Shown here: one piece after another, positions 1-9,197 of the stretch
Position numbering within the stretch: the first letter of the stretch is position 1
How the letters are laid out: each line of letters begins with the position of its first letter
Source: Thermoplasmata archaeon
Lineage (GTDB): Archaea > Thermoplasmatota > Thermoplasmata > Lutacidiplasmatales > UBA184
Direction: 5' to 3'
NCBI GenBank assembly: GCA_050013595.1
Contig: JBEKEY010000004.1
Span: forward strand, 1-61,464
Length of the DNA stretch: 61,464 bases
The notes under the pieces: model-generated
Seen by the model: only the letters and a program-made list of their open reading frames with translations
The model's database searches: none
What the model was told of the DNA's origin: nothing
Position numbers and translations under genes: made by a program

Positions 1-1
1 C

Positions 2-619
2 CTGATCCTGGCGCATCGGGTTCCGACGGACGGCGAATTCACCCTCAACGACCTCGCCGGTGGGGCGGGCCGACTCGACGAAGTCGCACGCGGGGTCTCC
101 ACCGCGTTCACGCTATCGAACGACCTGCGCCGGGATACCGAGGTGTCCATCCTCTTCGTCGCGAGCCCGCCACCGCAGGCGCGTCGCATCGACCTCTTCG
201 GCGCGAGACTACGATTCCTCAATCCGGACGAGCGGTCCACGGCGGCGCTCCTCAAGAACGCCCTGGTCCGCTCCCGGGATTTCCCTCATCCGTTCGAATC
301 CTCCCCCGGCCTCGTCGTGGCGGCCGCGGAACCGATGCCGAGCCTGCGGACGTTCCTCGAGCAACCGAACCCGGTCTGGCTGTGCGAGGACGGGTTTCCC
401 ATCGAGCAGTGGCCGTCCACCGGTGGCCAGGTCGCCGCGGTCGTCTCGGACCCTTACGACCCGACTCCCGAGGAGCGCGAGGTCCTCGCCGCGAGCGGTG
501 TCCCGCGCGTTTCCGTGGGCCCGCGCTCGTTGCGGACGAGCCAGGTCATCGACCTCGTCCATCACGAGCTCGACCTCCGCGAGGCCGGACGCACGGTCGG
601 CGGACCCGCCGCCCCCTGA
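2..619 (+). CDS. trmY: tRNA (pseudouridine54-N1)-methyltransferase, SPOUT family (5' end outside window)
   Basis: Frame is open from base 2: FTLNDLAGGAGRLD...LSNDLRRD...LRFLNPDERSTAALL, the TrmY/DUF358 signatures. Confidence 0.85.
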   Translation: MILAHRVPTDGEFTLNDLAGGAGRLDEVARGVSTAFTLSNDLRRDTEVSILFVASPPPQARRIDLFGARLRFLNPDERSTAALLKNALVRSRDFPHPFESSPGLVVAAAEPMPSLRTFLEQPNPVWLCEDGFPIEQWPSTGGQVAAVVSDPYDPTPEEREVLAASGVPRVSVGPRSLRTSQVIDLVHHELDLREAGRTVGGPAAP

Positions 620-1651
620 TCAGTGGACGAAGATAGGCCGAGTGATCTCGGCCGTGCTCTCGAGCGCCTCGCGGACCGAGCGCGTCCGGAGGCCGCCGAT
701 GACCGCCGTGAGGTGAACGACCTCCCGCGGTTCGGGCCGGACGCGGGTCCCGAAGACGAGCCGGTCGGGGTTGTTGAGCCGGGAGCTCATGGTCCGCAGG
801 ACGCGGTCGAGCGTCCGCAGGGTAAGGTTCGAGCCGCCGTCGAGGTGGATAAGGGCGGAGACCCGTTCGGAGAGGTGGTAATCGAGGAGCGAGTCCGAGA
901 GCGCCTGCTGGACCAGCCGCTCGGGTTCGGAGATGTGGTACTCGCCGACCACGAGGGTCGAGAGACCCGCGTCGCGCAGGTGGTTCTTCAGGCTCGCGAG
1001 GTCGACGTTGAGCTGAGAGGGGTTCTCGACCATGTCGACGAGGCTCGCGACAAGGGAGTGGATGTAGGCGTTCCGCACATGGAAGACGCGCTGGATGGGA
1101 AGCGACTCGAAGCGTCGAAGCTTCTCGTTCGCGAGCGCCACGAGGAGGCCGCCCATCGCTTCGAGCTCCGAGACGGTCTCCTCGACGTTATCGCGTCGGG
1201 TGCGGTTGTTGTCGAGCTCGAGCTGGAACGGAAGGAACACGACCGGAACGGCGAGGGTCTCGGTCGAGCGAAGCGCTCGGGAGAGGAAGGGAAGGAGAGC
1301 GCTCCCCGTCCCGCCCCCGAGGCCGGCGAGCAGAAACACGATCTCGAAAGGCCTCAGGCGACGGAGCAACTCCTCCTTACCGTCCTCGGCCGCTCGAAGC
1401 ACTTGGGATCGGTCCCCTCCGCTACCGCGTCCTCGCAGCTCCCGACTCCCGATGAGGATCCTTTCTTCGACCCCGCTCCGCAATAGGTGGGCCGCGTCGG
1501 TGTTCACGGCGATCGCGCGAACCCCCGGGATCCCGAGGGCCACGAGGTCCTGGACGGCCTCACTGCCCGCGCCTCCCAATCCGACGACCCCGATCGAGGG
1601 GTTCTGGCCGAGAGAGCCCCAGGCGTTGGCGACCGCCAGTTCGTCCTTCAT
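620..1651 (-). CDS. ftsZ: Cell division protein FtsZ (divergent, FtsZ2-like)
   Basis: GLGGAG, NTDAAHL, AGLGGGTGS tubulin signature, PSQLNVD T7 region; lies downstream of an RHH gene as archaeal ftsZ2 does. Confidence 0.9.
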   Translation of the reverse strand: MKDELAVANAWGSLGQNPSIGVVGLGGAGSEAVQDLVALGIPGVRAIAVNTDAAHLLRSGVEERILIGSRELRGRGSGGDRSQVLRAAEDGKEELLRRLRPFEIVFLLAGLGGGTGSALLPFLSRALRSTETLAVPVVFLPFQLELDNNRTRRDNVEETVSELEAMGGLLVALANEKLRRFESLPIQRVFHVRNAYIHSLVASLVDMVENPSQLNVDLASLKNHLRDAGLSTLVVGEYHISEPERLVQQALSDSLLDYHLSERVSALIHLDGGSNLTLRTLDRVLRTMSSRLNNPDRLVFGTRVRPEPREVVHLTAVIGGLRTRSVREALESTAEITRPIFVH

Positions 1652-1665
1652 GTCCCTCTCGCCGG

Positions 1666-2031
1666 CTAGGGCGGAGGGGACCCCTCGGCCGTGACCGGTT
1701 CCCCCTCCCGACGGTGGGTCCGGGCGGACGGGCCGAGTTGCTCGAGCCGGCTGCGGATGTACTCCCGGACGGCCGAGCGGACCGCGTCGTCGACACTGAC
1801 GGAATTCCCCTCGCGAACGAACTCTTCGAGCCGGCTGTTGTCCTGCCGGGAGAGCTCGACCACGACCTTACGGATGTTCTGGGGCGGGAGGTTGAGCTCG
1901 ATGTGCTGCTCGAGGCCTTCCCGTATCGTGTCGGAGATCGTCGGCGTGCCCTTGAGCTGCTGAATCTGCTTCAGCTTCTCGAGGAGCTCCTGCGGGATCC
2001 GAACCGTCACCCGCTCCGACGTGTCGACCAT
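1666..2031 (-). CDS. Tandem ribbon-helix-helix transcription regulator, CdrS-like
   Basis: ERVTVRIP...ISDTIREGL and a second RHH KVVVELS...SVDDAVRSAVREYI; directly upstream of ftsZ. Confidence 0.8.
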   Translation of the reverse strand: MVDTSERVTVRIPQELLEKLKQIQQLKGTPTISDTIREGLEQHIELNLPPQNIRKVVVELSRQDNSRLEEFVREGNSVSVDDAVRSAVREYIRSRLEQLGPSARTHRREGEPVTAEGSPPP

Positions 2032-2034
2032 GCC

Positions 2035-2065
2035 CGTCAGACAAGACCCCTTGCTTTGTCTGACG
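2035..2065. promoter_or_regulatory. Inverted repeat, putative RHH operator overlapping the cdrS-like/ftsZ transcription start
   Basis: CGTCAGACAA(2035-2044) N11 TTGTCTGACG(2056-2065); TATA-like element at about 2086-2095 on the minus strand. Confidence 0.6.
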
Positions 2066-2183
2066 AATGACATATCGGAGTACTGGTATATGAAACGCTC
2101 TGGGCGCGCGCACTTCGGTTCTCCGCGGTTCAGCTCCGGGGCCGCTCCCGGCGTTGCCGGAAGCGTCCCGTTCGGGCTCCGGT

Positions 2184-3818
2184 CTAGTGAACTCCGACCA
2201 CCTGGCCGTCGGCCGTGAGGTCGATCTCTTCCGCCGCGGGTCGCGTCGGGAGTCCCGGCATCGTCTCGATGGTTCCGAGGTAGATCACCGTGAATCCGGC
2301 GCCGGCCGAACGGGTCAACCGGTCGACGGTGACGTTGAAGTCGCGGGGCCGACCGAGCACGTGCGGATTATCCGAGAGCGAGAGCGGGGTCTTCGCGATG
2401 CAGACCGGTCCCTCGAGCTCCCCGATACGCCGCAGGAGCTCGAGGTCAGCGATCGACTCGGGCCTGCGGTTCACGTGGGAGGCGCCGTAGAGCCGGGTCG
2501 CGATCGTTTCGACCTGCTCGAAGATCGGCGCGCCGGGGGCGTTGACGGGCCGGCTCTGGCGTCCGAGCCCCGCCGCGGCCTCGACCGCGTGGGCGAGGTC
2601 GACGGTCCCCTTTCCGCCGTCAGAGAACCCCTTCGCCTCCACGACCTCGACGTGCCGTGTCTTGCAGAACCGCTGGACGAGCTTCGTCTCCTCGGCCGTG
2701 TCGCCGGGGAACCGGTTGAGCGCCACGACCGCCGGGACCCCGTACGTCTCCACGTTGTCGAGGTGCTGCGCGAGGTTCTCGAGCCCCCGCTCGAGCGCGG
2801 CCCGGTTCGAGTGCGCCGACTCCTCGTCGGAGGCGCCCCCCTGGTATCGGAGGCCCCGTTGGGTGGCGACCAACACGGCCGCGTCCACGTTGCGGCCGAG
2901 CGTCGGCGTCACGATGTCGACGAACTTCTCGGCCCCCAGCTCGGAGGCGAACCCGGCCTCGACGATCGTGTACTCGGACGTGGCCAGCCCGAGCTCGATC
3001 GAGAGGCGGCTGCACGTGCCGTGGGCGAGGTTGCCGAACGGTCCGGCGTGGACCAGTGCGGGCGTACCTTCCGCGGTCTGGACGAGGTTCGGCTCGAGCG
3101 CGTCCCGCAGCAGGGCGGCCATCGCGCCCGCGCCGTTGAGGTCCGAAGCGCGCACGGCATTACCGTCGGTGGTGAGGCCAGCTATGACGCGGGCGAGGCG
3201 GGACCTGAGGTCCGAGTAATCGCGGGCGAGAGCGAGGATGACCATGATCTCGGAAGCCGCGGTGATGACGAACGAGCTGTCGTGCGGGACGAACCGGTGG
3301 TCGTGCCCCTGCGCCACGGTGATGTGACGGAGCGCGCGGTCCTCCATGTCGAGGGTCCTCGGCCAGAGGATGCGGTTCGGGTCGACCTTGAGCGAGTTGC
3401 CATGGAAGATGTGGTTCTCGACCAGGGCGGACAATAGGTTGTGCGCCGACGCGACGGCGTAGATGTCGCCCGTGAACCCGAGATTGATCTCGGTAGAGGG
3501 TTCCACGGTCGACTTGCCGCCGCCGGTCGCGCCGCCCTTCACCCCGAAGATCGGTCCGAGCGACGGCTGACGCAGACAGACCACCGCGGAGCGGTGGAGT
3601 CGAGTGAAGCCGTCGGCGAGCCCGATCGCGGTGACGGTCTTGCCTTCGCCATGACGGGTGGGGGTCATGCCAGTGATGAGGATCAATTTCCCCGACGTCT
3701 TCTTCGCGGCGCGTTCGCGGACGACCGACACCGGGACCTTGCCGACCTTCGGACCGGCGGGATGGAACTCGTTTGGGCCTAGTCCGAGCGCGCTTGCAAG
3801 GTCGGTGAGATTCTTCAT
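2184..3818 (-). CDS. fhs: Formate--tetrahydrofolate ligase
   Basis: TPTRHGEGKT, LRQPSLGP, KGGATGGG, HAGPFGNLAHG, EAGFASELGAEKF, MPGLP; start 3818 or 3836. Confidence 0.95.
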   Translation of the reverse strand: MKNLTDLASALGLGPNEFHPAGPKVGKVPVSVVRERAAKKTSGKLILITGMTPTRHGEGKTVTAIGLADGFTRLHRSAVVCLRQPSLGPIFGVKGGATGGGKSTVEPSTEINLGFTGDIYAVASAHNLLSALVENHIFHGNSLKVDPNRILWPRTLDMEDRALRHITVAQGHDHRFVPHDSSFVITAASEIMVILALARDYSDLRSRLARVIAGLTTDGNAVRASDLNGAGAMAALLRDALEPNLVQTAEGTPALVHAGPFGNLAHGTCSRLSIELGLATSEYTIVEAGFASELGAEKFVDIVTPTLGRNVDAAVLVATQRGLRYQGGASDEESAHSNRAALERGLENLAQHLDNVETYGVPAVVALNRFPGDTAEETKLVQRFCKTRHVEVVEAKGFSDGGKGTVDLAHAVEAAAGLGRQSRPVNAPGAPIFEQVETIATRLYGASHVNRRPESIADLELLRRIGELEGPVCIAKTPLSLSDNPHVLGRPRDFNVTVDRLTRSAGAGFTVIYLGTIETMPGLPTRPAAEEIDLTADGQVVGVH

Positions 3819-3909
3819 CGTCTCTCCCGAGCCCATCGTCCCCGAAGTTCCGAGGGCCAGGACGGTTGTTCTAAGGTCGCCCTTTATAGGAGCCTATTGT
3901 GAACCCGGC

Positions 3910-4902
3910 GTGACCCTTGCTCTCGTCCCGTTCGCCGTGGACCAGCCGAGGTCGCTCGCGTTGGCCAGCGACGCGCTCCGTACCCGCCTCGCGCCCGGCG
4001 AGAACTTCGCCGACCTCTGGCCGCCGATCGATTCCGCGATCCGCACCTCCCACGCGACGGGAGGTCTGGTCCGGTCGGAAGGCGAGGCCCTCGGCATCGT
4101 GGTCTGGGAGCCCGCCGGACCGCTCGGCGTAGCGGTTCGTCTCCTCTATCTTTCGCCGCCGGGAGCGGCGGTCGAAAGCTACCGCGCGGTCCTCGACCTC
4201 ACCGAACACGCCGCGGGACCGATCGCGTTCGCACCGGGACCGCTCGCCGGGCTCTCGGCCGAAGAGGAATCGACGGTGATGACCGGTCGCGGGTTCGCAG
4301 CCTACGGCCGGCTCGAGATGGGATTTCCCGCGACCGCTCCGATCGCCCCGTTGCCCGCGGTCGCGATGGGAGAGCTCCGCCCCGTGCACCCCGAGGACGA
4401 GCCGCTCCTCGCTCGCCTCCACGAGGACGCGTATCGCAACCATCTCGACCGATACCTGTCGATCGAGGATCTCGACCCTGCGCGCGACGCGGACCACCAG
4501 GTGCGAGACTATTTCTCCGGGCGCTGGGGCCTTCCGCTGTCGCCCGGCTCCGCGGTGGTCGCGCTCGACGGACGGATCGTGGCCGCGGCGCTCGCGGTCC
4601 GACGCCCGGCCCATGTTCTCATCATCGACGTGATGACCGACCCGGTACTGCAGGGAAAGCGACTCGGTCGGACGGCCCTCGCGGGCTCGCTGCGGGACCT
4701 GCGGGAGCGAGGGGAAACGGCGATCGTCCTCAACGTCACCGAGGCAAACCAGCGCGCGACCCGTCTCTATTCCGGACTCGGATTCGTCCGGACCATGGGG
4801 CCGTCCCAGGAATGGTACAACGCGCGGCGGATGCGGGTCGAGATCCCGCCGACCGCCGCCGCTCATTCGGTCGGCGAAGGCGCGGACTCGGCCGGACGGT
4901 AG
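3910..4902 (+). CDS. GNAT family N-acetyltransferase (two-domain)
   Basis: C-terminal motif A VMTDPVLQGKRLG and NVTEANQRATRLYSGLGF; GTG start estimated. Confidence 0.8.
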   Translation: MTLALVPFAVDQPRSLALASDALRTRLAPGENFADLWPPIDSAIRTSHATGGLVRSEGEALGIVVWEPAGPLGVAVRLLYLSPPGAAVESYRAVLDLTEHAAGPIAFAPGPLAGLSAEEESTVMTGRGFAAYGRLEMGFPATAPIAPLPAVAMGELRPVHPEDEPLLARLHEDAYRNHLDRYLSIEDLDPARDADHQVRDYFSGRWGLPLSPGSAVVALDGRIVAAALAVRRPAHVLIIDVMTDPVLQGKRLGRTALAGSLRDLRERGETAIVLNVTEANQRATRLYSGLGFVRTMGPSQEWYNARRMRVEIPPTAAAHSVGEGADSAGR

Positions 4903-6179
4903 CCAAGTCGACGCAGAGCGCCGAACGAGGAGACCATGATGAGTCCGAAGACGATGATCGCCCCTCCCGCGCCCAAGTAGGTCCCCTGGACCCCTACGGA
5001 GAGGGTGAGCAGCCCGCCCGCATACTGCCCGGCCGGGACAAGGGAGAGGCTTCCTACCTCGTCGGCGGAGAAGACCCGTCCCATCATCTCGTCCGGCACG
5101 GTCGCCTGGATCGTCGAGAGCAGGATGGTCGTGAACATCCCCGGCATGAGCCCGTAGACGAACACGATCGGCAGCGCGAGCCAGATCGAGCGGACGAGGC
5201 CGAGGGCGAGGATCGCGAGCCCCATGGCCAGCATGAGGGCGATCGCCGCTCGACCCGCTCGGGGCTCGAAATGCAATCGCGGCGCGAGGACAAACCCGAC
5301 CGCGACCCCCGCGGTCGCGGCCGAGGTCATGGCGCCGTACCAGATCCCCTCGCTCAGGTTGAGCCAGCTCGCGACGTAGAGCGCGAGCTCGACCAACGCG
5401 ACCGCGGTGAGGAAGTTCATCACGAGCCCCGCGACCGTGATCTCGAGCAGACCCCGTCGCTTCACCAGGTACGAATATCCGGCGGAGGCCTCCCTCACGA
5501 CCGAACGCTTCGGTCCCCGCTGGGTCGGGGCGAGGTCGGAACGGACCAGAAGGAGCGCCACCTGGGCAGCGAAGAAGAGCAGGAAGGCCACGCCCAGGGC
5601 GTACGCCGGGGCCACGAACGTGAGCACCCCACCCACGACGAGGCTCGCGACCGCGCTCACGGTCGCGGCGACCGCGTAGATCGCGCCGTTCGCCACCGGG
5701 AGTTCCTTCGGCCCGACGAGACGTGGGATCGAGGCGTTGAACGCCGGGCGGAAGATCGTGGTCGTCACGGCGACCGCGGCCCAGCCCGGATAGAGGAGAA
5801 GGACCCAGAGCGGCAGGTAGAAGCCCGCGGGACCCGGAAGCGAGATCGCGTTGGCCGGCAGGACGACGAAGTCGGCGACGAGGCCGGCGGTCGCGAGCAG
5901 GGCGATGAGGTTCACCGTCTTCATGAGCAGCCCACGGTCGTAGCGGTCGGCGAGGGCTCCCGAGAAGAACGCCGCCGCGAGCGTCGGGACCGTGGAGGAG
6001 AGGCCGAGGAACGCGAGGGCGAGCGCGCCGTACGTCGTGCGTTCGCCCGCGGGATAGGCGAACGCGATCGAGTAGAGCAGGACGACCAGGACCGCCGAGG
6101 GCGCAGCGAACTGGAAGGCGCCCGCCGTCAGGAATGTCGAGAACGAGCGCTGCCGGAAGAGCGCCCCGTAACGGCTCAG
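4863..6179 (-). CDS. MFS transporter
   Basis: About 12 hydrophobic segments, motif A GALADRYDR, QATVPDEMMGRV; start uncertain, probably CTG at 6179. Confidence 0.85.
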   Translation of the reverse strand: MSRYGALFRQRSFSTFLTAGAFQFAAPSAVLVVLLYSIAFAYPAGERTTYGALALAFLGLSSTVPTLAAAFFSGALADRYDRGLLMKTVNLIALLATAGLVADFVVLPANAISLPGPAGFYLPLWVLLLYPGWAAVAVTTTIFRPAFNASIPRLVGPKELPVANGAIYAVAATVSAVASLVVGGVLTFVAPAYALGVAFLLFFAAQVALLLVRSDLAPTQRGPKRSVVREASAGYSYLVKRRGLLEITVAGLVMNFLTAVALVELALYVASWLNLSEGIWYGAMTSAATAGVAVGFVLAPRLHFEPRAGRAAIALMLAMGLAILALGLVRSIWLALPIVFVYGLMPGMFTTILLSTIQATVPDEMMGRVFSADEVGSLSLVPAGQYAGGLLTLSVGVQGTYLGAGGAIIVFGLIMVSSFGALRRLGYRPAESAPSPTE

Positions 6180-6300
6180 GGGATTCCTCCTCCCGGCTGC
6201 GGCGACCCGCCCCCTCGGCGATAAGCCTGTCGGCGGGACCGTCGTCCTCGGCGAAACCCGCTTGTACTTCCCCCACGTCCTCGAGACCTCGGAGCCTCCT

Positions 6301-7419
6301 GTGCGCCTGATCCACCGCGACCCGTCGACCGGAATGCATCGCCTGCGGCTCGAGACCCCGAGCGACCTCTGGCGGATCGCGCGTCTCGTTCGGGCGGGCG
6401 ACCTCGTCGGGGCCTCCACGACCCGTCGGGACCCCGAAGCGCCTCCCGATGTCGCTGGGGCGGAGCGGACCCGTCGACGGGTCTACCTCATCGTCCGCAC
6501 CGAACAGGTCGAGTTCCACGGATTCTCGAAACATGTTCGGGTCACGGGTCCGATCGTCGAAGGACCGTTCGATATGGGCCGCCACCACACTCTCGACCTC
6601 ACCGAAGGCGACGAGGTCGCGGTAACGAAACCCTCGTGGACCGCGGGCGACCGGACGATCCTCGAAGAGGGCCTCGAGCGCAAGGGCGATGCCACGATCT
6701 TAATCGCCGCCGTGGACTGGGGGGACTCCTCGCTGGTTCGCTTGCGCGGGCGGTCGGTCGAGCCCGTGCTCGACCTCCGGCGCACGATCGCGGGAAAGCG
6801 CTACGAGGGCGGGCAGGCGGAGAAGGACCGAGGCTCCTACATCGCCGAGCTGGTGGCGCTGTTGCGCCGCGAAGGCGCGGCAGCGAACGCGCTCGTGATC
6901 GCCGGTCCGGGGTTCCTCAAAGAGGAGCTCGCGCACCGCCTGAGCGAAGAGGACCCCACCCTCGCCCGTAAGATGAAGGTCTACCCGACCGCGGAATCCG
7001 GGCGCGTCGGGGTCGATGAGCTCCTCAAGTCGGGTCGGGCGACCGAGGTACTGCGCGGAAGCGTGGCGGCCGAAGAGGCGGAGGTCGTCGAGCGTCTCGT
7101 GCGCTCCCTCGCCGGAGGGACCCGCGCCGCGGTCGGAGCGGTCGAGGTCGCGGAAGCGGTCGAGGCGGGTGCTGCCGAGACGATCCTGCTCTCCGAGTCG
7201 CTGCTCCCCGAGCCGGCGCTCGCCGCGACCCTCGACCGGGCCCGCGAAGCGCGCGTGCGGTTGTTCGTCGTGCGCGACGAAGGGGAGGCGGGCCACAAGC
7301 TGACGGCGCTCGGAAAGATCGGGGCGCTCTTGCGCTACGACTGGACGAGCCCGACGCGGCTTACGGGATCGCCTGGATCGCCTCGCGCAGCTCCTCGAAG
7401 CGGCGCTTCAGGTCCTTGA
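6301..7419 (+). CDS. pelA: mRNA surveillance / ribosome rescue protein pelota (Dom34)
   Basis: DLWRIARLV...GD.V...TTRR, GRHHTLDL, AGPGFLKE (PGF motif), LGKIGALLRY. Confidence 0.92.
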   Translation: MRLIHRDPSTGMHRLRLETPSDLWRIARLVRAGDLVGASTTRRDPEAPPDVAGAERTRRRVYLIVRTEQVEFHGFSKHVRVTGPIVEGPFDMGRHHTLDLTEGDEVAVTKPSWTAGDRTILEEGLERKGDATILIAAVDWGDSSLVRLRGRSVEPVLDLRRTIAGKRYEGGQAEKDRGSYIAELVALLRREGAAANALVIAGPGFLKEELAHRLSEEDPTLARKMKVYPTAESGRVGVDELLKSGRATEVLRGSVAAEEAEVVERLVRSLAGGTRAAVGAVEVAEAVEAGAAETILLSESLLPEPALAATLDRAREARVRLFVVRDEGEAGHKLTALGKIGALLRYDWTSPTRLTGSPGSPRAAPRSGASGP

Positions 7420-8206
7420 GCGAGAAGCGCAGCGCTTCGCGCGCGGTGAGCGACCCGTCGGTCTCGAACCGGAGGAAGAAATCCTCCTCGTCGGCCGTGA
7501 CCTTGATCGACCCGTGCTCGCAGGACTCCTCGCAGGCCTTGCAGAAGATGCACTTCGGCTCGTCCGTGACCGAGAGCTTCCCGCCCGCGAACTCGAGGAT
7601 CTTGACCGGGCACGACGCCGCCGTGCGCTTGAGGCAGGCGTCCGTGCAGCCTTCCTTCTTCGCGATCTTGACGTGGGGGCGCGGGAACATCCCGACCCCG
7701 TGGGCGACCTGCCACTTCGCGTGGTCGCGGGCCGTGCCCACGATCGCGGTCATGTAGGCGAGCAGCGCCTGGCGCGCGCCGAGACGAACGATCGGTACAT
7801 CGGGTTCGAGGATCGCGAGGGAGCTGTCCCCGAGCGGGACGACGTCCTTCGCGTAGACGGTGCAGGGACCCTTCTTGTCGACGGAGAACATCACCTGGCA
7901 GTGGACGCATCCGGCGCCGCCGCACTCGCACTCGGACTTGCGTCGGAACTGCGAGAGGTCGGTAGGGATCGGGAGGAGACCGAGGCGGAGGGCGACCGCC
8001 TCGTCGAACATGCTCGTCGAGGAGTCGTAGTCCTTGCTGGTCATCTCGTCCCGGATCGGTCCGAGGTGGAACTCGACATCCTCGATCGCGAGCTTCGGGA
8101 CGTCCGTGAGGAGCGTCCGGCGGATCGCGTTGACCTGGGACGCGGTCATGCCTTCGATCTCGAGCGCGGTCGAGCGGGGCTTCAGTTCCTGGACGGTGAT
8201 CGCCAT
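7361..8206 (-). CDS. rpoD: DNA-directed RNA polymerase subunit D (Rpo3) with Fe-S insert
   Basis: NAIRRTLL..VP.LAIE, RLGLLPI, HAKWQ, CIFCKACEESC, FETDGSL; follows rps11. Confidence 0.95.
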   Translation of the reverse strand: MAITVQELKPRSTALEIEGMTASQVNAIRRTLLTDVPKLAIEDVEFHLGPIRDEMTSKDYDSSTSMFDEAVALRLGLLPIPTDLSQFRRKSECECGGAGCVHCQVMFSVDKKGPCTVYAKDVVPLGDSSLAILEPDVPIVRLGARQALLAYMTAIVGTARDHAKWQVAHGVGMFPRPHVKIAKKEGCTDACLKRTAASCPVKILEFAGGKLSVTDEPKCIFCKACEESCEHGSIKVTADEEDFFLRFETDGSLTAREALRFSLKDLKRRFEELREAIQAIP

Positions 8207-8209
8207 CGA

Positions 8210-8593
8210 CTACACCCTCCGACCACGGCGGCCGCCCTTCGGCTTCGTCCCGTCGTGCGGGACGGGGGTTACGTCCTCGATCCGCTGGATCCGGACCCCG
8301 GCCCGGGCGAGCGCCCGGATCGCGGCCTGGGCGCCGGGGCCCGGCGACCGAGAGCGGTTCCCGCCGGGCGCGCGGACGCGGACGTGGAGCGTGTCGTATC
8401 CCTTCTCCTTGATGGCCGCGGCGATCTGGTCGGCCGCCTTCATCGCGGCGTACGGGCTCGACTCGTCCCGCGCGGCCTTCACGACCATCCCGCCGGTCGC
8501 CTTCGCCAGCGTCTCGGCGCCGGTGATGTCGGTGACGGTGATGTGGATGTTGTTGTAGCTCGCGAAGATGTGCGCGATCCCGATCTTCGCCAT
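8210..8593 (-). CDS. rps11: 30S ribosomal protein S11 (uS11)
   Basis: [41 protein letters not shown]. Confidence 0.98.
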   Translation of the reverse strand: MAKIGIAHIFASYNNIHITVTDITGAETLAKATGGMVVKAARDESSPYAAMKAADQIAAAIKEKGYDTLHVRVRAPGGNRSRSPGPGAQAAIRALARAGVRIQRIEDVTPVPHDGTKPKGGRRGRRV

Positions 8594-8596
8594 GGA

Positions 8597-9187
8597 TTAT
8601 GCGTTCTCCGTGGGCTCGGGCGGCGCCTCGGACGGAACCGGGCGAGCGTTCAGACGCTCGCGCAGGGCGACGCGCACCATGTGGTCGTCGCTCGCGAGCG
8701 GGCTCGTCGGAGTGTAGGAGATCGTCGCTTCCTCCGCTGACGGCACGAGATAGCCCGGGCGGGTGACGCGGTGGTCGCCGATCGAGAAGTGGCCGTGCGC
8801 GATCCACTGGCGGGCGCCGATCGCGGTCGGCGCGAGGCCGCGGTGGAAGACGATCCATTCGAAGCGTCGTTGCAGCACGTCCTCGGTGTTCAGCGCGAGC
8901 ACATCGTCGATCGTGGGCGTGCCCAGGGGGAGGAGACCGAGGCGGGTCAATCGTCCGATGAGCTGGTCCGTTTCCCGCCGAGCTTGTGGCTCTTCCGCTC
9001 TGAGCCGGGCCTGCAGGTCCCGGGCCTGGCCGCGGAAACCTCGGAGGATCGACTGCGCCTTCCAGAGCTCGCGCTTGTTCTTGAGTCCGTACTTCGTGAG
9101 GAGCTTGCGCTCCTCCTCCATCCGCGCAGCCTCCCACGGATGCTTCGGGGTGTCGTACGTGCGCCGAAGGAATTTCGGGTCGCCCAT
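8597..9187 (-). CDS. rps4: 30S ribosomal protein S4 (uS4)
   Basis: MGDPKF.R..YDTP.HPW, KYGLKNKRELWK, ARQWIAHGH. Confidence 0.97.
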   Translation of the reverse strand: MGDPKFLRRTYDTPKHPWEAARMEEERKLLTKYGLKNKRELWKAQSILRGFRGQARDLQARLRAEEPQARRETDQLIGRLTRLGLLPLGTPTIDDVLALNTEDVLQRRFEWIVFHRGLAPTAIGARQWIAHGHFSIGDHRVTRPGYLVPSAEEATISYTPTSPLASDDHMVRVALRERLNARPVPSEAPPEPTENA

Positions 9188-9197
9188 CGTTCGCTCC

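Noticed and set aside
3871-6588. 905-aa minus-strand ORF and similar long ORFs (7335-9137, 16768-18486, 26242-28068, 29707-32070, 33938-36277, 37740-39866)
   Set aside because: Arg/Pro/Gly-rich off-frame or antisense shadows of well-supported genes, expected at this GC content.
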